A stretch of 49,665 bases of DNA from an uncultured Candidatus Saccharibacteria bacterium (GTDB lineage: Bacteria > Patescibacteriota > Minisyncoccia > UBA6257 > GWB1-50-10): contig CAZAZV010000004.1 of assembly GCA_964489845.1 (NCBI GenBank), forward strand, positions 1 to 49,665. Direction: 5' to 3'. Both the position numbers and the translations under genes were made by a program. Shown piece by piece: positions 27,543-36,955 of the stretch (the stretch's first letter is position 1; every line of letters begins with the position of its first letter). The notes beneath the pieces are model-generated. The model was not told where the DNA came from. It was given only the letters and a program-made list of their open reading frames with translations, and searched no databases.

Positions 27543-28805
27543 GTGGTAAATCTGTGGGAGAAAGTGAGGAAGTTCACGAAGAACATGGGACCGGGTCTCA
27601 TCACCGGCGCGTCCGACGACGACCCGTCGGGCATCCTCACGTATCTCCAGTCCGGATTTGTCTTCGGCTTCCGGATGCTCTGGCTCACGCTCATCGCGCT
27701 CCCGATGATGTACGCGGTGCAAGAGATGGCGGCGCGCATCGGCTTCGTGACGGACAAAGGACTCGTCAAAATTATCAAGGAGCACTACCCGAAATGGATA
27801 CTCTACGCCGTCGGTACGGTATCGACCATCGTGATTACGATTAATATCGGCGCCGACTTGCTCGCCATCGGCGTTGTCTTGGAAAAGTTTTCCGCGATTT
27901 CGCGATTCTTCTGGCTCCCGACCACTGCCATGTTTATCCTCGTCTTCACGATTTTCCTCTCGTATCCGAAGTTCGCAGGACTTCTCAAGTGGTTCACGCT
28001 CGCCCTGTTCGCCTATGTCCTCACGGCGTTTTTCGTCCACGTCGACTGGCTCACCGCGTTCCGAGAAACGCTCATTCCCTCCATAAGCTTCAACAAGGAC
28101 TATGTTCTCCTCGCCACCGCCTTCGTCGGCACCACCATCTCCCCGTACCTCTGTTTCTGGCAGGCGGATGAAGAAGTGGAAGAGCGCGACGAGGAGAAAA
28201 AGGAACGGCACCTCAAGCGGTTTCTCGTGACGAAAAGTGAGCTGAGGCACCTGCGGCGGGAAACGTTCGTAGGCATGCTCTTCTCCGAAATCATTGCGTG
28301 GTTTATGATCGCGGCAGCGGGACAAATCGCATCACTCCACGGGCTGGGAGCGGTGACGAATTTCGATGAGGCGAGTGCGGTACTGCAGCCGCTCCTCGGA
28401 CACTTCGCGTTCCTTATCTTCGGACTCGGCATCATCGGCACCGGACTCCTCGCCATCCCCGTCCTCGCGGGGAGCGTCGGGTACATCCTCTCGGAGGTTT
28501 TCAACTGGGAGGAGGGCATCAACAAGACATTCCGCGAAGCGAAGGGCTTCTATCTTGTCATCATCAGCGCGACTCTCGTCGGCATGGCGCTCAATTTCCT
28601 CCACCTCGACCCGATTCAGCTCCTGATTTACACCGCCGTCCTTTATACACTCATCACACCCCCGCTCATACTCCTTATTATCCACATGTCAAACAACCGG
28701 AACATCGTAAAAGACCGAGTAACTTCACCCTTAGTGAACGTACTTGGCTGGTTAACTTTCGCCTTCACCCTCCTCGCCGTCATCGCCTACTTCGTCTTCC
28801 TCTGA
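27543..28805 (+). CDS. NRAMP family divalent metal transporter
   Basis: GPGLITGASDDDPSGI, GTTISPY, multiple TM segments. Confidence 0.92.
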   Translation: MVNLWEKVRKFTKNMGPGLITGASDDDPSGILTYLQSGFVFGFRMLWLTLIALPMMYAVQEMAARIGFVTDKGLVKIIKEHYPKWILYAVGTVSTIVITINIGADLLAIGVVLEKFSAISRFFWLPTTAMFILVFTIFLSYPKFAGLLKWFTLALFAYVLTAFFVHVDWLTAFRETLIPSISFNKDYVLLATAFVGTTISPYLCFWQADEEVEERDEEKKERHLKRFLVTKSELRHLRRETFVGMLFSEIIAWFMIAAAGQIASLHGLGAVTNFDEASAVLQPLLGHFAFLIFGLGIIGTGLLAIPVLAGSVGYILSEVFNWEEGINKTFREAKGFYLVIISATLVGMALNFLHLDPIQLLIYTAVLYTLITPPLILLIIHMSNNRNIVKDRVTSPLVNVLGWLTFAFTLLAVIAYFVFL

Positions 28806-28806
28806 A

Positions 28807-28841
28807 TTATGGGTGTCGGATACCCATAAAGTTATCCACAG
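28807..28841. repeat. REP-like palindrome copy between convergent genes
   Basis: TTATGGGTGTC-G-GATACCCATAAAGTTATCCACAG. Confidence 0.9.
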
Positions 28842-28842
28842 C

Positions 28843-29751
28843 TCACGGCTGGAAGAGCGTGTCCGGCCGGAATCGGACGGCGGTAACGCCCGAGAACTGT
28901 TTCGCGGTTGCTTCTATTTGAAACCAAAGAATGCCGGCGCGGCAGGAACCGCCGCTCGTTTTGTTGTTCGGGTCCTGAAATGCGAGTGTGAGCGTCCCGC
29001 TCGCGAGCGATGCGCCGGTGAGCGAGAGTCCCGCGAGCGGAAATTCAGTCGTGATGCCCCGCGCCCGTTCCGCGTCGGTGAGCCCGCCTTTGAGCAAAAG
29101 ATATATCGTGTCTTGTATGGGCGTCTCTGTCACGGAAATATTCCGCGTCACGGCGACGAGTCCCGCGCGGCTGCATTGGATATTTCCCTCCGCGTCCGTA
29201 TCGAGCGCGGGACGGTAATAGTAAAGTTTCACCTGCTCCGTCGCGCCGCTCGAAGTTGCGAAGACGATCGGGATGCGCACCTCACGCGCTTTCGCCTGGT
29301 CGCCGGACGGATTATCGTTCTGGAGCACGAGCATGCCGCCCGCCGTCCGGGGCGCGTCGAACGAAAGCGCCGCCGTGAACGGGACAAAGTTCTGGGTCAT
29401 CCAGTCACTCTGTGCCCGCGCGGGAACCTGTGCGAGGAGATTTCCCGCCCCATCATAGAGCTTCACGGGAAAGCTCGCTTCGAAATACCACGTGCCGCGC
29501 GCTTCGCCCGTCACGGTGAGCGGATTCGCCACCGTTTCGTTCGCCACCGGCGACGTCACGTGAATCAAGTCGCTCGTTGCGCTCCCGCCGCATGGACTCG
29601 TCGGTTTCGGTGCGCTCGGAGCGCCGTGCGCGACCCACTCGCCGTGCACGCACAACCACGCATCCTCCGGACCGCCGAGGAAAAATCGAAGAGCGAGGAG
29701 AATACCGATACCGACGATAACGACTGCGAGCATGACGAACAGTTTCTTCAC
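28843..29751 (-). CDS. Gmad2 Ig-like plus GerMN domain protein
   Basis: GEARGTWYFEASFPV, DNPSG, GGSCR...QIEATAKQF; GTG start assumed. Confidence 0.85.
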   Translation of the reverse strand: MKKLFVMLAVVIVGIGILLALRFFLGGPEDAWLCVHGEWVAHGAPSAPKPTSPCGGSATSDLIHVTSPVANETVANPLTVTGEARGTWYFEASFPVKLYDGAGNLLAQVPARAQSDWMTQNFVPFTAALSFDAPRTAGGMLVLQNDNPSGDQAKAREVRIPIVFATSSGATEQVKLYYYRPALDTDAEGNIQCSRAGLVAVTRNISVTETPIQDTIYLLLKGGLTDAERARGITTEFPLAGLSLTGASLASGTLTLAFQDPNNKTSGGSCRAGILWFQIEATAKQFSGVTAVRFRPDTLFQP

Positions 29752-29756
29752 GAACG

Positions 29757-30449
29757 TTACTTCAAGGTAAAACTGTCGGCGATGTCGTAGAACGCGGCTC
29801 GGTACCCGCCCCACGCGTCCTGCGTCGTGGTGAACGAAGTGGTCCACACGTCATGCTGCTTCCCCGGCACCATCACGATGAGCACCTCGAAGTCCATGCC
29901 CGCCTGCGAATATGCCGCCTCCACGGCGCGGGCGGGAACACCCTGTATGGTCACGTTATTCTCGTTCGCGAATGTGATGTTCGGCGCGGCTTGCCGCAAG
30001 AGTCCCTCGATGGTCTGCAGGTATGCGCTCACGCTCTCCCCGCCGAGCAGATTATGATTGACGGCGAGAAACGTCCTGAAACCGGCTTGCTCGCCCGTGA
30101 CCGCAGCCATCGCCACGGCTCCCATAGCCGGGCTGACGCTTTCCCACCCCGCAGGGAGCGCGAGAGAGAACACATTCGTATCAAGGAGCGTCCGCGTTCC
30201 CAAGGGCGTCACGCTCACCCCCTTACCCGCCTGCAGGCCGGCACTCACCTCGGGGGAATTGACCACGCCCGCCTGCGGCGTCGTGCTTGCCGGAACGGTC
30301 TCCGCGAGCGGTGTACTGGTCGAGGTGTATCCTTGAGGCACGCCGGCAACCGGTCCGCTCCGCATAAAAAAGAAGAAAGCGGCAGCAAGCCCCGCGAGGA
30401 CAACAACGCTGATAACCGCGGCGGAAATGATATTCTTGGTGTTCTGCAT
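29757..30449 (-). CDS. single-TM protein with PsbP/DcrB-like domain
   Basis: FSLALPAGW ... IADSFTLK pattern. Confidence 0.7.
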   Translation of the reverse strand: MQNTKNIISAAVISVVVLAGLAAAFFFFMRSGPVAGVPQGYTSTSTPLAETVPASTTPQAGVVNSPEVSAGLQAGKGVSVTPLGTRTLLDTNVFSLALPAGWESVSPAMGAVAMAAVTGEQAGFRTFLAVNHNLLGGESVSAYLQTIEGLLRQAAPNITFANENNVTIQGVPARAVEAAYSQAGMDFEVLIVMVPGKQHDVWTTSFTTTQDAWGGYRAAFYDIADSFTLK

Positions 30450-30484
30450 AAACCGCAGTATAGCACCACATCCGCGAACACGCT

Positions 30485-31378
30485 ATGATGAAAATGATGC
30501 GCAAAAATCTGAAAATTTCCGTCGGTATTGCGGTAGGGATTGCCGTCATCGGGCTCCTCTACGTCTTCTGCTTTAGCGCGCCGGGGGGAAACGGCGAGCT
30601 CCAGCGTTTTGTCGTCCCGCTCGATGCGCAGCAAAGTGCCGCCGTGCAAAGTCTAAAAACCGGAGGGTTCATCCGGAACGCATTCGCGTTCGAACTCATC
30701 CATCGTGGGGATATCGCGCCGGGCGGATACCACCTCGCGGATGACATGAATGTGTTCCAGATATCGCGCATCCTCTCCGAACCGCCGTATATGGAGTGGG
30801 TTGTAATTCCCGAGGGCTTGACGAAAGCGCGCATCGCGACGCTCCTCGCGCAAGCGCTCGATTGGACGAGCGCGCAAAAGAGCGAATTCTTGGTATACAA
30901 CGTCGCGGCCGCCGCGCCGCTCACGGAAGGCATTTTCTTCCCCGACACGTATCTCATCCCGCTTGGCGAGACAGTCGCTTCGACGACGGAGCGCCTCTAT
31001 GACAAATTCAACGAAAAGTTCGCGCCGTACGCGGCGGAGGCGTTGAAGCAAAACGTGAAGTGGACGACGGTCGTGAAGTTCGCCTCGCTTATCCAGGCGG
31101 AAGCCGCGGGTCCGCAGGACATGCAACTCATCTCCGGTATCCTCTGGAACCGACTCTTGAGCGGCATGCGCCTCCAAGTGGACGCTGCCTCAAGTACGTA
31201 CCGGGAGGCGGGCCTGCCCGCGCAGCCAATCGACAACCCGGGACTCGAGGCGATAAGCGCGGTTCTTGATCCTACGAAAACGAATTGTCTCTACTATCTC
31301 CACGACCAGGCAGGCGTCATCCACTGCGCCGCGACGTACGCGGAGCACGAAGCGAATATCAAGAAGTATTTGCAGTAG
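30485..31378 (+). CDS. mltG: endolytic transglycosylase MltG
   Basis: IPEG, EGIFFPDTY, ASLIQAEA, LQVDA, GLP..PI.NPG, YYLHD. Confidence 0.9.
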   Translation: MMKMMRKNLKISVGIAVGIAVIGLLYVFCFSAPGGNGELQRFVVPLDAQQSAAVQSLKTGGFIRNAFAFELIHRGDIAPGGYHLADDMNVFQISRILSEPPYMEWVVIPEGLTKARIATLLAQALDWTSAQKSEFLVYNVAAAAPLTEGIFFPDTYLIPLGETVASTTERLYDKFNEKFAPYAAEALKQNVKWTTVVKFASLIQAEAAGPQDMQLISGILWNRLLSGMRLQVDAASSTYREAGLPAQPIDNPGLEAISAVLDPTKTNCLYYLHDQAGVIHCAATYAEHEANIKKYLQ

Positions 31379-31996
31379 CTAGAACCCGAGCTTTTCGTTC
31401 ACGAAGATGACGCGGAACGTGCGCTTCGCGTACGCGGGCTCGCGCTCGATGATGAGGAGTTTCGAAATGGCGCTCCCGCCCATGCCGACGCTCTTCATCC
31501 GCTGGTCTTCGAGCGGGAATACGTACTCATGCAAACGCGCGAGTGCCGACGTGAGATCCGGCGTGATTTTCTGCGTGCCGACGACGAAGATGAGGTTCGG
31601 CGACGTGTAGGCGATGTGCGGCAGCTGGCTGCCGGAATTCGATGCGATGACGAGTTGTCCCGTTTCGGCAACGGCATGCACGCTCCCGAGGTACCAATCT
31701 GAGAGCACCGCCTGCTTCCGGAGCGCCGCCTGCTTCACGGGATCCGTCTCCGCGAGAATGCCCGCGTGGAGGTTCTTCCAGCCGTGGGTCCCTGACTGCA
31801 GGTATTCGACGAATCCGATTCCCTCGAGCGTGCGGGACGAACCGTTCATCACCGACGCCCCCGCCGGGATGAGCGACCGAATGTGCTCGAGCGCCTCCGC
31901 CCCCGTTTCGACAAACACGCCCTCAATGCCCCGCTCGGCGAGCGCGGCGATGGTTTTCTGAACCGTTTCTATGGGTGCTAACGTATCGTATGTCAT
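31379..31996 (-). CDS. LUD-domain (lactate utilization C-like) protein
   Basis: GSSRTL, LGSVHAVAETG, SNSGSQL, VVGTQKI. Confidence 0.85.
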   Translation of the reverse strand: MTYDTLAPIETVQKTIAALAERGIEGVFVETGAEALEHIRSLIPAGASVMNGSSRTLEGIGFVEYLQSGTHGWKNLHAGILAETDPVKQAALRKQAVLSDWYLGSVHAVAETGQLVIASNSGSQLPHIAYTSPNLIFVVGTQKITPDLTSALARLHEYVFPLEDQRMKSVGMGGSAISKLLIIEREPAYAKRTFRVIFVNEKLGF

Positions 31997-32013
31997 GCAC
32001 CCATCGTATCATA

Positions 32014-32289
32014 CTAGAGGCAGATGCCGAAGAGGCAGGGTGGCAAGTCGCCATCGAGGTACCATTTGTTCTCGTACTTCACGAGCTTCAGAATCTGGCC
32101 GTTCGCGGTCCGGCACGTCCCGTACGTGTCCGTTTTTTGGATGAGTTCGACGCACCCTCGGAACCGGTAGTAGTCGTCGAACGAACTGTGCGCCTGGTGC
32201 AGGATAATGAATTGGTTGATGGTTTCACCGACGCCGACACCGATGATGGCAATCGCCAGAAATCCGAAAATCGCAAAGCCGGTTTTCAT
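32014..32289 (-). CDS. hypothetical membrane/exported protein
   Basis: TM segment, AHSSFDDYYRFRGC, WYLDGDLP. Confidence 0.75.
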   Translation of the reverse strand: MKTGFAIFGFLAIAIIGVGVGETINQFIILHQAHSSFDDYYRFRGCVELIQKTDTYGTCRTANGQILKLVKYENKWYLDGDLPPCLFGICL

Positions 32290-32339
32290 ACGCTTTAAAG
32301 TATATCACAAGGAAAATGCCGCCGAGTCGGACTCGGCGG

Positions 32340-33275
32340 CTAAAACACGATACGGCGAACTTTCCAGGGTCGCAGAAGCACGACAGAACCGAGAGAAATC
32401 GAATCGGCCCCCGCTTCGAACATCTGCTCGGCGTCGCGCCTGGAAAGAATTCCTCCGCAACCGTTCAGGGGTTTCGTGAGTCCCGCGTGGCGAGCGCGGC
32501 GAACCCAGTCAGTGACGATGTGGAGGAGCGGCCTGCCCGAGAGCCCGCCTCCGCCGAACTCCTCGAGCGGCGAAACGCCGGTGCCGAACAGTTCCTTCCA
32601 GTTGATGGACTCGGGAAGTTCCCGCCACGGAATAGCGTTCGACACGCAGAGCGCGTCGCATGACACATGCTCGGCAATCCGGAGCGCTGCCTCGACGGGA
32701 AACGTCACGGCGAGTTTCGGGACGAGCGGGATGCGGAGCGCCGAAGCGATTTCCAATCCTTCGTGAATTTCGGTGATGAGTTCCTCAACATCACGGCGGG
32801 AACCCGCATTGGGGCAGGAATAGTTCAGTTGGAGCCCGACCGGCGCTTTGAAGTGCGACAGGTGCCATCCGAAGAGACCGACAAAATTCAGAAGCTCCCG
32901 CATGCGTTCTCCGAAGGTCTTCGCAGCCGGCGCGAACGAGATGAAAAACGGCTGCGTCCGCCGTTGCCACCGACCGTCATCGAAAAGCGCTTCGGCGCCC
33001 GGATTGGAAAGCCCGACCGCGTTCAGGACAACTCCCGCAAGCGGTTTCACGATGATACACTTCGGAAATTTTTCCTGCGGCGTGAAATCGTGCCGGAGCG
33101 GGAGATTCCCTCGCCGTGGCATGAGTGTCGCGCTTTTTGCGACGAACGTTATATGTTCAAACGTCAGACCGAGCCGTTGCAATAGCGGATGAAACCAGTA
33201 TCCTTCGCCGAAAAATCCCTGCACGCCCGACGCGGCCCAGACGCGTCCGAATTCAATTCCTCTCAATTCCATCAT
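32340..33275 (-). CDS. dihydroorotate dehydrogenase-like FMN enzyme
   Basis: NAVGLSNPG, LNYSCPN, GGGGLSG, GCGGI, AGAD. Confidence 0.85.
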   Translation of the reverse strand: MMELRGIEFGRVWAASGVQGFFGEGYWFHPLLQRLGLTFEHITFVAKSATLMPRRGNLPLRHDFTPQEKFPKCIIVKPLAGVVLNAVGLSNPGAEALFDDGRWQRRTQPFFISFAPAAKTFGERMRELLNFVGLFGWHLSHFKAPVGLQLNYSCPNAGSRRDVEELITEIHEGLEIASALRIPLVPKLAVTFPVEAALRIAEHVSCDALCVSNAIPWRELPESINWKELFGTGVSPLEEFGGGGLSGRPLLHIVTDWVRRARHAGLTKPLNGCGGILSRRDAEQMFEAGADSISLGSVVLLRPWKVRRIVF

Positions 33276-33337
33276 CCTTTCCTCCTGTCAAAGAATCTAC
33301 CCTCACTCAATCGCATATCAGTAACCCCGTCAAGGAG

Positions 33338-33353
33338 CTGTGGATAACTTTAT
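33338..33353. repeat. isolated left arm of the REP-like palindrome
   Basis: CTGTGGATAACTTTAT, identical to the first 16 nt of the 9728 copy. Confidence 0.75.
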
Positions 33354-33548
33354 ATGTTTCTCGGGTGGATCGCCGCATTCGGCTGGGGAACGAATATCGT
33401 GAAGGCATTTTCTTCTCTTTACATCGGCTACGGCCCGAGTTTCGTGGGCGGACTCATCGGCGGCGCCTGGGGGTTCGCCGACGGAGCCACCGGCGCACTT
33501 GTCTTCGTCCTGGCCTACAACGCGTTTCTCAAGAAACCGGAGAAGTAG
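33354..33548 (+). CDS. small membrane protein of holin-like family, probably 5'-truncated
   Basis: SSLYIGYGPSFVGGLIGGAWGFADG...YN; in-frame TAA within the repeat just upstream. Confidence 0.6.
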   Translation: MFLGWIAAFGWGTNIVKAFSSLYIGYGPSFVGGLIGGAWGFADGATGALVFVLAYNAFLKKPEK

Positions 33549-33611
33549 TAGCGGCATCCGCACAATCCCCGTTCCGCCAACTAGCAAACGGGGCTTTCTC
33601 ATTTAATAAAA

Positions 33612-33635
33612 GAGGGACAACGTATGTTGTCCCTC
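33612..33635. terminator. intrinsic terminator
   Basis: GAGGGACAAC-GTAT-GTTGTCCCTC with a T-run on the minus strand. Confidence 0.7.
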
Positions 33636-33650
33636 AATACCGGAGAAGAG

Positions 33651-34031
33651 TCACGAGGACTCGATAATTCGCTCGAGGAATCGCGGCTCGAACCATCGCT
33701 TATCGATGAAAACAACTTCCCCCTCCGGCACGAGACCGGTAAAGAGTATGACGTGCATACGTGGGTATGCAGAGGCCAACGCTTTCGCCGCGCGAACCAT
33801 GCCGCGCGAAATGAATATGGCGACACCATCTCCTCCAAGCCACGAACGGGCTTCGTCCACACTCGCGACGACTTTCACGTCCGCAGCCGGCGAGGTGGTA
33901 CTGCCTTCCCATCTCCTGGCGCCACCGGCTGCTCGCTCGAGATGCTTCACGAAATCGCTGTAGTCGCCGTTTGCATGACGCAAACTTCCCCATTCACCAG
34001 CATCGATAATCGCAACCTTTGTGGGTCCCAT
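33651..34031 (-). CDS. hypothetical protein, degenerate receiver (CheY)-like fold
   Basis: KVAIID...VILFTG...FIDK spacing; GGAGGTG SD; TTGACA-17-TACGAT promoter. Confidence 0.6.
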   Translation of the reverse strand: MGPTKVAIIDAGEWGSLRHANGDYSDFVKHLERAAGGARRWEGSTTSPAADVKVVASVDEARSWLGGDGVAIFISRGMVRAAKALASAYPRMHVILFTGLVPEGEVVFIDKRWFEPRFLERIIESS

Positions 34032-34194
34032 ACGCTTCACCTCCTCTCAAGGTACGATAGAGTATAACCACTGCACTCGTATCGAGAACAATCGTAGTAT
34101 TGAAGGAAGAGAGTGTCAAAATAAAAAGTTGACAAACTCCGGATTTTGAGTTTTACTCAACCGCAGCAAACCCTTGGAGGAGAGAGGTGAATAA

Positions 34195-34374
34195 ATGGTA
34201 ACGGTCTACGTCATCGCCGGTCTTATCATCCTCATCACCATCTTTATGAGCGGGAGGAGGAGAGGAAGAAGAAACCGCTATGTCTGCAAAAATTGCGGCT
34301 ACGTGTGGGAAAGGCATCACGGGTACGAAGTGCGATGCCCCAAGTGTCACTCCACAGACGCTTACCTTAAATAA
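34195..34374 (+). CDS. 59-aa TM-anchored zinc-ribbon protein (absent from ORF track)
   Basis: MVTVYVIAGLIILITIFMSGRRRGRRNRYVCKNCGYVW...RCPKCHS; GAGGTGA SD; TTGACA-17-TTTACT promoter. Confidence 0.75.
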   Translation: MVTVYVIAGLIILITIFMSGRRRGRRNRYVCKNCGYVWERHHGYEVRCPKCHSTDAYLK

Positions 34375-34402
34375 CTCTCACCGGTCGCCGTTTCTCAAAT
34401 GC

Positions 34403-34430
34403 AAAGCCCCGCACGCAAACGGGGCTTTTT
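34403..34430. terminator. bidirectional terminator
   Basis: AAAGCCCCG...CGGGGCTTTTT between convergent genes. Confidence 0.75.
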
Positions 34431-34653
34431 ATTTGTCTGCGATTTCGACTACCTTCCTTCTGGACGCGTGCCCCGAGACGACGGCGATGCGGGACAGTGA
34501 AACCTGGAAATAGTCGGCGAGGAGTTTCACGACCGCACGATTCGCTTTCCCGCCCTCCGGCGCCGCGCTCACGCTTACTTTATATTCACGCTCCCCGATT
34601 TTCTCGACGCTTTCTTTACTACTCTTCGGCTTCACGGTGACAAAAATTCTCAT
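34429..34653 (-). CDS. DUF167 (YggU) family protein
   Basis: VKP.S, AAPEGGKAN, SG..SRRK. Confidence 0.9.
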   Translation of the reverse strand: MRIFVTVKPKSSKESVEKIGEREYKVSVSAAPEGGKANRAVVKLLADYFQVSLSRIAVVSGHASRRKVVEIADK

Positions 34654-34696
34654 TTGATTGACTGTGGCCGACTTCGGGAATCGAATATGAGCGACT

Positions 34697-35251
34697 CTAA
34701 AATACGTTGGTTTGGTATTCCGAAAGGAAGAGGGTTTCTAAGCCCGGCTCTATGCCGGCAAGCTTATCTGTATAGTCCTCGGTATAGTGGCAGATGAGTT
34801 TGACAGGAACCAGCCCGAATCCCCGCATCACTTCATTAGCCCGGTGGCTGTAGAAAACGGACGCGAGGACGTTCGCTCCGGCGGAATCACCCGCGACGAC
34901 TTTCCCCTCGAAAAGTTCTTTCAGGTTCGGATACCGTTTTAGCTCTTCGAGTAGCTTTGCCGAAAACCCGCCGTGAAGATAGACGATATCGGCACTCCTC
35001 ACCTGCTCCGGAAATTCCGCTTCGGTCGCCGTCTCAAACATAAGCGTCTTGTTGCCTTTGTTCCTCTCAAACTGCTCAATATCCTCCGCCTGGTTCTTGG
35101 CGATGCGGTCCGGCTCTTTGGCGAAATAGACGAGGAGCACCCGCGCATCCTGCGGAGCGCGACTCAAAATCTCCCCGAAGAACGCGTCGTCCTCGTTCTT
35201 TGTGCCACCGGGCGTAAACCCTCCGTGAAGTATGTAGGTGGTTTTCATCAA
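34697..35251 (-). CDS. peptidase S51 (PepE-like) class I glutamine amidotransferase-like protein
   Basis: VYLHGG, AGDSAGANV, ICHY. Confidence 0.75.
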   Translation of the reverse strand: MMKTTYILHGGFTPGGTKNEDDAFFGEILSRAPQDARVLLVYFAKEPDRIAKNQAEDIEQFERNKGNKTLMFETATEAEFPEQVRSADIVYLHGGFSAKLLEELKRYPNLKELFEGKVVAGDSAGANVLASVFYSHRANEVMRGFGLVPVKLICHYTEDYTDKLAGIEPGLETLFLSEYQTNVF

Positions 35252-35745
35252 ATAAAAGTTTTTATCGCATCGTCCATCGAGGGAATGTATTTGTCCGGAT
35301 GCTCCGCCATGTCCCGGGCGAGTTCATCTGCCGGTATCCAGGCGATTTGCTCTACTTCCGCTTCCTGAATCTTGAAATCCTCCAGCTCCCAGTCAAGCGT
35401 TACGGTAAACCACTGGCAGAAATAGTTCCACGGCACATGCCGCCGCTTCTTCGGGCCGAGAGAAAACTCCACGTCCTTGATGCCCAGTTCCTCCTCAGCC
35501 TCTTTGCGCATATTCTCTTCATACGTCTCGCCCTCATCCACCGTCCCGGCAACGGCGGGGCCCCATTTCCCCGGGTCGTGGCTTTTGGTGAACTTCCGCT
35601 GCGCAATCAAAACTTCCCCCTTGCTATTCGTCACCCAGAGACCGGTAATGCGATAAATGTCCCGCACGGCGTCAACGTCATGTCGCTCCTTGCTCCCGAT
35701 AACAGTATCATTTTCATCTACGATTTGGATTCTGTCCGTGGTCAT
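35248..35745 (-). CDS. NUDIX hydrolase (IDI-like)
   Basis: IVDEND, AGTVDEGETYEENMRKEAEEELGI Nudix box. Confidence 0.9.
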   Translation of the reverse strand: MTTDRIQIVDENDTVIGSKERHDVDAVRDIYRITGLWVTNSKGEVLIAQRKFTKSHDPGKWGPAVAGTVDEGETYEENMRKEAEEELGIKDVEFSLGPKKRRHVPWNYFCQWFTVTLDWELEDFKIQEAEVEQIAWIPADELARDMAEHPDKYIPSMDDAIKTFI

Positions 35746-35775
35746 GAAATCTATCGGTGTCCAACACCAACAACA

Positions 35776-36147
35776 CTACTGCCAGTAGGCCCTAAAGTTC
35801 TTAATTTCGTCAAAAAGCTCATCAGCCGTCTCACCGCGGTAACACACAGTCCGGTCGTCGATATAAACGTATGCAACCGGCTTGGCGCCCTTATTGTCGA
35901 ACTCGGGATTCTCGTTGAAATAATCAACCGGAATATCATAACGCTCGCAGTACGCTTTCAGGAATTCGCTCCCGCGCGTGCTGAATACGATGACTTTGCT
36001 TCCCTCTTCCTTTAATCTCCGTATAACTTCGACGACTTCTTTCACGGGTTCGTTTGAATGTTCGGCCCCTTTAAAGCCGTCATACTGTGCTATGACCCCG
36101 TCGAAATCAAAAGCGTAGGCGCGTGTTTTCTTCTTCTCCTCCGGCAT
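35776..36147 (-). CDS. HAD-superfamily phosphatase-like protein
   Basis: FDFDGVI, FSTR, KP.A.VYIDDR. Confidence 0.85.
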   Translation of the reverse strand: MPEEKKKTRAYAFDFDGVIAQYDGFKGAEHSNEPVKEVVEVIRRLKEEGSKVIVFSTRGSEFLKAYCERYDIPVDYFNENPEFDNKGAKPVAYVYIDDRTVCYRGETADELFDEIKNFRAYWQ

Positions 36148-36196
36148 ATTTATGGTTTTCTCGCCTTACTCTGTATGGGACTGAAGCGGTAGAAAC

Positions 36197-36400
36197 TCAT
36201 TGGGTCGCTCTCAACTCATTTTGATAAATCCTTTTCAGCACAAGATACGCTCTCTTTTCCATCTTTCCTAAAAGAATCTGCAGACCGAACAAAATTTCTC
36301 TTGCCATCAAATCCTTCGCGACTCTCTTCTTATGCGTCTCGGTAGTAACGAACCCCCATTCATCATCAAAATTAAAGATCTTCATAGATTTATTTTCCAC
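36197..36400 (-). CDS. small hypothetical protein
   Basis: 67-aa ORF in series with the island genes. Confidence 0.5.
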   Translation of the reverse strand: MENKSMKIFNFDDEWGFVTTETHKKRVAKDLMAREILFGLQILLGKMEKRAYLVLKRIYQNELRATQ

Positions 36401-36418
36401 TGCCAGTTGTGAAAGCCA

Positions 36419-36934
36419 TCAATCATCTCCCCAACTTTTCCTTAAAATACATTCAATGTCTTCCGTCTCCGAACACTCCTGCTCCAGCGTTCCTCTCTGC
36501 TCATGTATCTCGTATAAAAGCTTCAGATACTTCCCCCACGGGATGCGCGGGATTTTGTATTTCCAGTCCTTGTCAGCACCGTAAATCTCCTTAAACCATA
36601 CATACAAGCATTTATCACTTTTCGATATATTGCACGCTCTACATGCGAGCACCTGATTATCAATCGTATCCGGCCCACCCAGCGAACGCGGAATGATATG
36701 CTCCCACTCCAAGCCTTCGACTCCGCCACAGTACGCACATTCATTCGGACCTTCCACAAGGTGCCTGTTCTCGCGCAGGATAGCCGACGGGTGCATCTGC
36801 CCGCTCCGCAACTTAACAAACTCGCTCATTACAAAACCGTAATTCTTGCGGTCATGCAACGCACTCCCGGAAATCAATTTCGCGTACTCCCAATAAATCA
36901 GATCTCGAATTGTTTTTACTATAGGAGGAGGCAT
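36419..36934 (-). CDS. HNH endonuclease
   Basis: CAYCG...EHIIPRSLGG...N...ACRACNISK. Confidence 0.9.
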   Translation of the reverse strand: MPPPIVKTIRDLIYWEYAKLISGSALHDRKNYGFVMSEFVKLRSGQMHPSAILRENRHLVEGPNECAYCGGVEGLEWEHIIPRSLGGPDTIDNQVLACRACNISKSDKCLYVWFKEIYGADKDWKYKIPRIPWGKYLKLLYEIHEQRGTLEQECSETEDIECILRKSWGDD

Positions 36935-36955
36935 ACGTCAAATCTACCCTTGCTA

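Noticed and set aside
33354-36934. Prophage (holin-like, HNH and HAD genes)
   Set aside because: No structural, terminase, integrase or endolysin genes
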